DNA of 64,000 bases from Podarcis bocagei. Taxonomy: Eukaryota. The notes beneath the pieces are model-generated. The model saw nothing but the letters and a program-made list of their open reading frames with translations, was not told the origin of the DNA and did no database searches. The position numbers and the translations under genes are program-made. The DNA lies in assembly GCA_964188305.1 (NCBI GenBank), contig OZ076888.1. The stretch is one strand, 5' to 3'. Below are positions 26,625 to 35,902 of this stretch, piece by piece. How positions within the stretch are numbered: the first letter of the stretch is position 1; each line of letters opens with the position of its first letter.

Positions 26625-26681
<57 letters not shown>
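26306..26681 (+). mobile_element. 5'-truncated L2 LINE 3' end with (TTA)n tail
   Basis: gagggccttctcggtagtggcgccttccctgtggaac encodes RAFSVVAPSLWN; ends in about 19 TTA units; same family as 50651-51219. Confidence 0.82.
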
Positions 26682-26683
<2 letters not shown>

Positions 26684-28592
26684 TTGTTATTACTAACAAC
26701 TTTTAAGAGGTAGCCAGTGGGAAAGAGGAAGGGTAAGTGGTGGAAAGTGTAGTTACCAGACAATTTGCCAACGTGTAAATTTACAGATGCCCGCATCCTA
26801 CAAGCAGGATAGATTCTCTCTTCTTTTTCTTAATAAGCTGGGTAGATTCTCAATGAATTATTGCTGTGTTTCATATAACACCTAAACTCTCAAGGGATCC
26901 AACTCCATTCCCAGCATATGGAGTATACAGCAACTTCTAATGCACACAGGAACTCACTTTTTAGCAACTGCAGCTCAGTGAAACAGTGTCTCCTTTTCTA
27001 GCAAACAAGTAACAAGCTATGGTTGTACAGACCACCTTTAAGACTCTTATCCAGAACTTTATTATGAATCTAAATCTTTCTGTTCTCTCCTCCATCAAAA
27101 CAGTTTTGGAACTGTTTCAAGTCTGTTTGTAACTACATTATTAGTACAGTTAATGAGGTTTGTTAATATTTGCTGTCCATGCCTTTATATGGTAAAATGT
27201 ACTATTTGGCTCACAGAAATGGAAAAGTTCACAATTATTCAAAGCAATGTTATTTAAAGCAAACCTAAATTTCAAGATCATCTATACTGTTTAACAATAA
27301 AGAATATTTAGTTTTTCAACATGTATTTTTGCAATTTAAGGGGCCAGAGTAAGGTCTGAAAAAGGTCTACTTATTAATAGAGAGATGGGGCAGTACTTCG
27401 TTACACCTTGTCCAATTAAATACTTCTTTGGTTCTGCGAGAAAACCAACTAGAAGACCCATGTTATACTTCCAAGGTAGAGATTCACAATCCTTTTCACT
27501 ATCACTTTTCATCTGTGTCTGGTGTAGGTGAAGTTTTACACATATGAAATAACATGCAGAAGTGGAGAATAGCCAGCTATGCATGCTTACAAGGATTTGA
27601 GGCTTACAGTAGCTAACGAAATTAAGTGTGACTCAACAACATCAACCTGTGACAAAGATTAATTCTAATTTGCATTACATTAAGACTTAAGTAATAACAG
27701 TATTTGTCGGTTAGACATTATTTCTAGTGGGTCAAGTTTTTGGTTCAATATCTTAAGAAAGTGTTTAAAAGCTAGTGGATTCTGTATATATGTGGAACTC
27801 TCTCTGGTAAATTATATGAGGAAATGCTACAGGAATAGGTATATGTAGCCTTGAGACCAGAAAGGCAAGTGGGCAAACAAATTACGTTTTCAAGAAATAC
27901 CAGAATGGAAAGAATGAATGGATTTTTCAGCTTTCTATGAAAACAAAGCAGTTACAGGTTTAAAGTGGGAATTGGATGCACACTCCCTTAGGAGAAAGCA
28001 CAATCGAACACAGTGGGATTTTATTTAGTAAACATGTATCAGATTCCACTGTAGATTACCTAACTGTAATGATTTAGAAAATGGACAAGTTGCTTAAGCT
28101 GTATGTGAAAATTTCTTAAGGTTTTTAAGAAAGCTAAAAAGAAAATGCTAGACAATAATATTTTAAAGTGCTTTATTTTCTAACACATATGTATTGACTT
28201 TTCAGCAAAGTCCAAGTGGCATACAAAATAATCCAACTTTAGGGCAGGCAACTGCTTTCAATAGCTTATGGATTTCTCTTGTCTCTAGAATGCATTAAAA
28301 TAAACATACATTATAATGTAAGATGAAGGGCAAAATTCTTCAGGTCCATTAAAAGTACTGTGTATATGTTCACTTCCAAGGGAAAAGAACAAAATATTCA
28401 ACTGCTTCAACCTTGCATTTGCTCTTTCAAAAGCACTTGGTCAACACCAAGGTTTTCTTTTAACATAAGCACCACAATCAGAGGTTGACAAATGCAGTTA
28501 CCATATCTTAAGATGCTGGCAACCACCTGCTACCTCCAGCATAAGATGAGAAAGGTGGGGCTCATCTCTGATGATGTTCGGGACTTTGGAAG

Positions 28593-28680
28593 AATGTAAG
28601 AGCCTCCTGGATCAGGTCAATGACCCATTAAGTCAAGCATCCTGTTCTCACAGTGGCTAATCTGATGCCTGTGGGAAACC
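28593..28680 (-). mobile_element. CR1 LINE 3'-end fragment
   Basis: taagagcctcctggatcagg...agcatcctgttctcacagtggc resembles the reverse complement of a sauropsid CR1 tail; related to 52455-52540. Confidence 0.5.
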
Positions 28681-29122
28681 TACATCTGGAATCAATGAGA
28701 AGTTCCTCTGCTTCCAAGTGTTCCAGAAGGTCAGGAACAAAATTCCATCTTTCTTCTAGAACACCCAAAAAGCGTTGATTTCACCTGACACTGGACGGAG
28801 CATCAGTATTTCCAAAGTCTGGTGAGGCGGTTACAGTAATTTAACTAAGGCTGAAACTTGGGGGAAAGGTGAAGTCTATTGTTTGACTTTGCCCTAGACT
28901 TCAGAATCACCTGGAACCAGTGAGAAGTGCTAATGCTTCTGGGGCTCAGAATGACACAAGCCACAAGGTCCTGACCCTGCACCAAATCTCCTTTGCATGT
29001 CAGAAGAACAGGTGGAGAACAGGGTCAGTGATAACCACAACTGGTTCCTGGCTACCAAGGTCAGTCAAAATCTGTGGATCTTGTTTAAAGCCCTTCACCA
29101 GAAGACACACTCTTATGTGTAG

Positions 29123-29475
29123 GGTAAAGGTAAAGGGACCCCTGACCATTAGGCCCAGTCATGACCAACTCTGGGGTTGCGGCCCTCATCTCGCTTTATT
29201 GGCCGAGGGAGCCGGCGTACAGCTTACGGGTCATGTGGCCAGCATGACTAAGCCGCTTCTGGCGAACCAGAGCAGCGCACGGAAATGCCGTTTACCTTCC
29301 CGTCAGAGCAGTACCTATTATCTACTTGCACTTTGACGTGCTTTTGAACTGCTAGGTTGGCAGGAGCAGGGACCGAGCAACGGGAGCTCACCCCATCGCG
29401 GGGATTCGAACTGCCGACTTTCTGATTGGCAAGTCCTAGGCTCTGTGGTTTAACCCATAGCGCCACCCGCGTCCC
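29123..29475 (-). mobile_element. Sauria SINE (Squam1), full length
   Basis: Minus strand begins GGGACGCGGGTGGCGC, has a tRNA-like B box GTTCGAATCC, and ends in an (ACCTTT)n tail. Confidence 0.92.
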
Positions 29476-29989
29476 AACATGTAGGATACCACATACTTAA
29501 AAGATGTCACACACAAAGAAATAAACACACAAAGAAAGTTACAATTGACATGAAGGACTATATTTTAAGTAAATAAAACAGCCTTTACTAAGCGGCTGCT
29601 GTAAGACAATTTGAGTATTCAGCTCCAATTACAGGCATTCTGCTTATGAGCAAATTGCCAAAATACTTGCCAAGTGTGATTACAGGCACAATTCACTACA
29701 TGGAGGCTGGAAGTACACTATCAAACCCATTAATTCAGCATAAGTAAATTTCCCAGAGAGTAAGTTTCTTTTCTGGCAGACCCAGCATCCATCTGGAATA
29801 TGCTTAATAAAATGAGGGCATATAGCTGTTAGCACTTTCGCACCATTTTCAGCACAGCTTTTCTCCATTCCCTTATGCACTACTAATCAATCCATGCCTC
29901 TCTTCTTTCCGTTCTATGATTTACTTAGTCATTAATGGCCAGCAAATTGCAAATGGTTGCAAGGGGCTATGAACAGAAATGTGGCATAC

Positions 29990-30277
29990 CTTGTTCGCTA
30001 GGATCCAACTGAGACTTTCTGACAGTGAGGTCCAAGGGCGAGTCCTGGTCAGCCATGAGAAGTTTGCTGAGCACAGGATTTTGAGCCGTTGCACCCACAG
30101 GGGATGAGGCTACCAGAGATGCTTTCAGCAGGCTTTGGTTCTTTGTGCTATTGGGCGAGCTGGAGTCCTGAGTAGAGCTAGTTTTTGAGGTATATTCAGC
30201 AGCAAACTGTCGAATCATCCGCTGCATGATCTCACGGGCCACTAGGGGAATGTTGGGGTCAGAGACCCTATGACTGT
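29990..30277 (-). CDS. LCOR: LCOR exon, 288 nt, containing the canonical start (ATG at 30227, MQRMIRQF), NR box LSKLL and CtBP motif PLDLT
   Basis: ORF 29967..30242 translates to the LCOR N-terminus. Acceptor ttaccatttag|AC at 30277 and donor CAAG|gtatgc at 29990. Confidence 0.96.
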
Positions 30278-31512
30278 CTAAATGGTAAAATAAAATAAAA
30301 TAAATAAGAAGGAAGTTTTATGTAGAACAAATTTTAAAGCAAGACAACTTCCGATAGTGAGGGTTGTGTGTTTTTTTAATTAAAAAAAGCTACAATATTT
30401 TAACGTGCAAGTGCAAGACAATAAAAAGGCACAGATCTTACATCAGGGGCTCTCTTAATTGCATCTTCAAAATCTGAAGCAACTTACAGAATTGTGCACC
30501 CATTCCCTACAGCTCCCTCTCTTAACTGCATTTAAAAGAGCCACTATGTCTGCACCAGCTCCTTAAGATCACAATGCCCAATTTTTAACACAGAGAATTA
30601 AAAATGATATAATACATTCACAAGAATGAAATAATTTCTTCAATGCTGAAATGGGAAGAGGGAGGCAAATTAAGCATGTATTTCTTTGTACAGAGGTTTA
30701 AAGAATCACCTCCAGTATAACAGCCCTTTGCCAACATAAGACAGAGACCCTATGTATGTCCCCAGATAGAATTCTAGGTCTACAATAATCTGCCAACCAA
30801 AATAAGCTGAGCTAAAGAGAACGAACTAATAAATTATCAATGTGAATCTCATCTTAGTCAAAAGTCTCTAGGTAGAATTAGACACGCCATCTTAAATCCA
30901 CAATTCCTCTTACCTTCCCCACAACCACATGGATATAATATTTGCCTATTTACTGGTTCTGAGATAATATATGTGCAGTACTTTGAACACAAACTCTGCT
31001 GTGTAAATGCTATTATTAGTAACTCCCCAAAATTCTTCTCTTCCCACCAGTCCAGCTGGGCACTACCAGGGCTTTTTTTTCAGCTAGAACGCACCAGAAC
31101 TCAGTTCCAGGTGGGTGTGTCTGCCATTATAAGAGAAAAAGAGAAGTGTTCATGGCACCTCTTTTTCTAGAAAAAAAGCACATGGCACCGCTGCATGGAG
31201 ACAAAATTTAGAGCACAAACTACCCAGAGGGTGGTGAGCCTTTCGGGCCCAGTGGGACAGAACTTTATCTTCCCTCAACTCTGTGAGCCAACTTCTAACA
31301 GGTGGGTAGGATTGCCCAAATGTCAATCATTTAACATCACAATAACACCAGCGGATTGATACATCAACACTGGGCCACAGGAGTCAGAGCACTCAGGAGA
31401 TAGTTCAAAAGTCTTGTTCTTCCCTGTATGCAGCACTTCACGAATGCCTGAAAACCAGGTAATTGTTGGGCCTCTGGGAAGTGCTGGGGAAGCATGTCGG
31501 GTGCAAGATATA

Positions 31513-32478
31513 CAGTGGTGCCTCGCAAGACGAAATTAATTCGTTCCGCAAGTCTCTTCGTCTTGCGGTTTTTTCGTCTTGCGATGCACGGTTTCCCATA
31601 GGAATGCATTGAAAATCAATTAATGCGTTCCTAGGGAAACCGCTTGCCAGGCTGGCGGTGCAGAGAAGGGCTTTTCTCCGCACCACAAGCCTTCAGGACA
31701 GGTACGGGAACAGAGGGGAAGGCGCGCAGCGCTTTCCCTCTGTTCCCGGGGCTTGCGTGGGAGGAGGGTTTTTCCTCCCCACCGCCAACATTCAGAACAG
31801 CATTCTGAATGTTGGCGGTGGGAAGGAAAACCCTCCTCCCACCCCAAGTCTTCAGGAAAGCCATCCGATGCCGCGCGGCGGGAGGAGGCGTTCCCCCCCC
31901 GCCCGGCATCGGAGCTTCGTTCCGATGCCGCGCGCCGGGAGGAGGCGTTCCCCCCCCCCGCCCGGCATCGGAGCTTCGTTCCGATGCCGCGCGGGGGGGA
32001 GGAGGCTTCCCCCCCCCCCCGCCCGGCATCGGAGCTTCGTTCCGATGCCGCGCGGGGGGGGAGGAGGCTTCCCCCCCCCGCCCGGCATCGGAGCTTCGTT
32101 CCGATGCCGCGCGGGGGGGAGGAGGAGGCGCCCCCCCCCGCCCGGCATCGGAGCTTTGTTCCGATGCCGCGCGGCGGGAGGAGGCGTTCCCCCCGCCCGG
32201 CATCGGAGCTTTGTTCCGATGCCGCGCGGCGGGAGGAGGCGCCCCCCCCCGCCCGGCATCGGAGCTTCGTTCCGATGCCGCGCGGAGGGAGGAGGTCCGA
32301 GGACAGTGGGGAAGACGCGCTGCGCTTCCCCGCTGTCCCGGAGATTTCCCTATGGGCTGTCGTCTTGCGAGGCAAGCCCATAGGGAAATTCGTTTTGCGA
32401 AGCGCCTCCAAAACGGAAAACCCTTTCGTCTAGCGGGTTTTCTGTCTTGCGAGGCGTTCGTCTTGCGGGGTACCACTG
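31513..32478. mobile_element. Tc1/mariner-type MITE, family A copy 1, with hairpin interior and a roughly 60-bp tandem array
   Basis: TA TSD at 31511 and 32479; TIR CAGTGGTGCCTCGCAAGACGAA / TTCGTCTTGCGGGGTACCACTG; repeated subterminal CGTCTTGCG motifs. Confidence 0.9.
31864..32295. repeat. GC-rich minisatellite, 7 units of about 60 bp, each with hairpin CGGCATCGGA-N7-TCCGATGCCG
   Basis: Direct reading; unit length varies only through C-run and G-run lengths. Confidence 0.92.
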
Positions 32479-32650
32479 TATTTAAAGGTGTCAACCAGTG
32501 TCCTTTTATAGATTCTTTGTACAGACAAAAAACCTTGAGATTCTATGGAAATAATACATGGCTATCTCAAAAAAAGTATTTTAAAAAGATCAGTTAGCCA
32601 AGCATGCAAGCCAGTTAGAGTATTGATTTCATTCTTTCATCATGACCAAC

Positions 32651-32783
32651 CTTTTCGATAAAAGACTGCATGGATAAATTCTTCCGCTTGCCTCTCGAAC
32701 CGAATGATTTTCGCTTGCTCTTGTCTAAGCAGAGCTTGGTGCCCAACTTCCAAAGCTGGCTCATCCAGACTGACTAAGTGTTC
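32651..32783 (-). CDS. LCOR: LCOR upstream coding exon, 133 nt: EHLVSLDEPALEVGHQALLRQEQAKIIRFERQAEEFIHAVFYRK(D)
   Basis: Acceptor atttttcatag|GAA and donor AAAG|gttggt; phase 0 to phase 1, joining both neighbours in frame. C-terminal part resembles LCORL ECQAENYLNALFRKKD. Confidence 0.86.
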
Positions 32784-33765
32784 CTATGAAAAATATTTAA
32801 CACAAATGTAAAAATATAAACACCTCTTCTTTTTTATGCTGACTTTAAAAAAACTGCTCACTGTAAAGACAGTGATACAGTTTGATCTGATACAATTTGG
32901 AATATATGTCGGAATTTGTCAGCCATCTCTCACTGCTTAACATTTAGGGCTGCACATTTATTAAGAAGCAGTTTCCACTAAACTCAGTGGCAGCTACATC
33001 TGAGTAAAAATATTCAGGATCTTAATTCATCTTAAATGATGAATGCAACTACAAAGTCACAATATTAAATACAAAACAAGAAAGGCAGAACCATCTTTTC
33101 ATTATTTAATAAAATTTACCATATAAGGAAAAGTACTCAAAATTTTCACTCCAAACTGATCAAACACAGGGTTGTTCCAACCAAGGCCATGGGGGGGGGG
33201 GTGTGGAGGAATGGCAACCTGCCTGGCTGCTGATTGCAACTCTACATTATGTGAAGGGGCAGGGGAAAATTGGTTCAAGGAAAATATGTGGGGGGATTAT
33301 GTTGCCACTGCTGCTTTTACTACTAAGTTCTGCGCCCCAGTCTTGAAAATTTTACCACTTTTTCATGCCCTCCAAAAAAACTACTTCATTTTTCTCCTCC
33401 CACCCACCTAAAAGTCCCTTTCCATCAAAATCTCTACCACACTACTCATAAGCTATATTTAGGGAGAGTACATGCAAAGTAGCTAAGGAAACTGATCAAC
33501 ACTGAGGTCAAATCACACGCCCAGTTAGGCATGTAGGTAACCTATCCATTTTCTGTCAAAGTTGAACTTAAATCTCCAGAGTCAAGATTTTATGAAAAAA
33601 TGACTGTCTGAGAACCCAGTCATCAGCACACAATGAAATTCAGTTTGTTAATACTCTTACCCCTATTTAAGAAATTGGGAACTTTACATCTGAAATAGAC
33701 CTCCTTAAAAGAAATCCCACATCAAGCACAGCCGTCTGTAAAATCATTAATACAGGAAACAGTTA

Positions 33766-34094
33766 CAGTGGTGCCTCGCAATACGAAAATAATCCGTTCC
33801 GCGAGTCTCTTCGTCTAGCGGTTTTTTCGTCTTGCGAAGCAACCCTATTAGCGAAATAGCGAATTAGCGCTATTAGCGGTTTAGCAGCTATTAAAGGCTT
33901 AGCGGCTTAGTGGCTAAAAGGCTATTAGCGGCTTAGAAAGGGGGGGGAGAAATCGCAAGACTCGCAAGACGTTTTCGTCTTGCGAAGCAAGCCCATAGGG
34001 AAATTCGTCTTGCGAAGCGCATTGAAAAATGGAAAACCCTTTCGTCTAGCGGGTTTTTTGTCTTGCGAGGCATTCGTCTTGCGGGGCACCACTG
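33766..34094. mobile_element. Tc1/mariner-type MITE, family A short variant with a TTAGCG-rich interior
   Basis: TA TSD; TIR CAGTGGTGCCTCGCAATACGAA / TTCGTCTTGCGGGGCACCACTG; same subterminal blocks as 31513-32478. Confidence 0.88.
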
Positions 34095-34830
34095 TACAAA
34101 GTTCCTACTTTCCATATGCAACCACTAGATAGCACTCCTGGCCATGGTTGCCACCTGGCCTTTCCAAGAAGAAACCTGGATTCAAAAGATATTGCCAAGC
34201 AGCAAACCAGGTTCTTTAAGAGTGTGATTACATTCAACAGGAATTTCACCCTGTCTCCATTAAATCCCTGTTGATTAATTCTTATCCAAAATAGTCAGTA
34301 GGTATTTATGCAGGATGAGGACATCTGCTGCTGGATCCAAAATAAAGAAAAATTGTAGTTTGATGTTATCCATACGCAACTCTTTCCAATAGTCTAACCA
34401 TCTCAACCCAGTGACATTATGCAGCTGTTAAACCATACTGGCAAGTGAGTATCTCCAAAAGGTATCACAGAAGTAGTAAAGGTGCAAAAATGATAATGAA
34501 GGTCACAGCCTTTAAAATATTGCTTTAACTATGGGAGCACATGTAAGTAGTTCCTAAAGTTCTGAATGTTATAGATGGAAATGAAAATAAATGCTCGGTA
34601 GTCTCTCTTGTACTATAGTGAAGAGAATGACAAGATGGTGTGCTCACCCTAGGTTTGATGTAACAAAATACCGTATTTTTCGCCCCATAAGACGCACTTT
34701 TTCCCCTCCAAAAATGAAGGGAAAATCTGGGTGCGTCTTATGGGGCGAATGCAGACTTTCGCTGAAGCTTGAAGAGCGAGAGGGGTCGGTGCGCACCGAC
34801 CCCTCTCGCTCTCCAGGCTTCAGGAAAATA

Positions 34831-35521
34831 TCCGCCGCCCAGGAAGCCCTGTGGGAGGTCCCACAGGGTTGCCTAGGCTGCGGATAGCAGCCTGCTTCTC
34901 GGAGCGTCGGGCGCCCTGAAGGCAGAGCGCCCGACGCTTCGGGAACAATTCCGCCGCCCAGGCAGCCCTGTGGGAGGTCCCGCAGGGTTGCCTAGGCTGC
35001 GGATAGCAGCCTGCTTCTCGGAGCGTCGGGCGCCCTGAAGGCAGAGCGCCCGACGCTTCGGGAACAATTCCGCCGCCCAGGCAGCCCTGTGGGAGGTCCC
35101 ACAGGGCTGCCTAGGCTGCGGATAGCAGCCTGCTTCTCGCAGCGTCGAGCGCCCTGAAGGCAGAGCGCCCGACGCTTCGGGAACCATTCCGCCGCCCAGG
35201 CAGCCCTGTGGGAGGTCCCACAGGGCTGCCTAGGCTGCGGATAGCAGCCTGCTTCTCGCAGCGTCGAGCGCCCTGAAGGCAGAGCGCCCGACGCTTCGGG
35301 AACCATTCCGCAGCCCAGGCAGCCCTGTGGGAGGTCCCACAGGGCTGCCTAGGCTGCGGATAGCAGCCTGCTTCTCGCAGCGTCGAGCGCCCTGAAGGCA
35401 GAGCGCCCGACGCTTCGGGAACCATTCCGCAGCCCAGGCAGCCCTGTGGGAGGTCCCACAGGGTTGCCTAGGCTGCGGATAGCAGCCTGCTTCTCGGAGC
35501 GTCGGGCGCCCTGAAGGCAGG
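34831..35521. repeat. 119-bp tandem array, about 5.8 units
   Basis: ORF-track stops recur at 34873, 34992, 35111, 35230, 35349 and 35468 (period 119); units are near-identical. Confidence 0.93.
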
Positions 35522-35528
35522 GTGCGCA

Positions 35529-35902
35529 AGGCTTGGGGCGGCAGCGGACTGCTTGCGCGCACCTAGAAGCTTGGGGCGTGCTGAGGTCAGCGCGCCCCAA
35601 GCTTCTGCATGCCGGCAAGCAGTCCGCTGCCGCCCCAAGCCTCCCGCACCCGGCAGGAGGTCCCGCCGGGTGCGGGAGGCTTGGGGCGGCAGCGGACTGC
35701 TTGCGCGCACCTAGAAGCTTGGGGCGTGCTGAGGTCAGCGCGCCCCAAGCTTCTGCATGCCGGCAAGCAGTCCGCTGCCGCCCCAAGCCTCCCGCACCCG
35801 GCAGGAGGTCCCGCCGGGTGCGGGAGGCTTGGGGCGGCAGCGGACTGCTTGCCGGCATGCAGAAGCTTGGGGCGCGCTGACCTCAGCACGCCCCAAGCTT
35901 CT
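35529..35902. repeat. 148-bp nested-palindrome array ending in a 190-bp inverted repeat
   Basis: Period 148 (ORF starts at 35562, 35710, 35858); 90-bp perfect arms at 35713-35802 and 35813-35902. Confidence 0.9.

Noticed and set aside
29380-29475. tRNA gene
   Set aside because: The A/B-box-like region is the head of a Sauria SINE, continuing into SINE body and tail; the same applies near 44040, 48140 and 58250.
31864-32295. CRISPR-like array (27-bp palindromic repeats with roughly 33-bp spacers); likewise 53969-54617
   Set aside because: The spacers are near-identical rather than unique, there are no cas genes, the context is a vertebrate intron, and the array lies inside TA-flanked TIRs.
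31620-32597. Long overlapping ORFs in all six frames (also 34873-36079 and 53768-54860)
   Set aside because: By-product of stop-poor GC-rich tandem repeats; the peptides are repetitive with no transposase or other domain.
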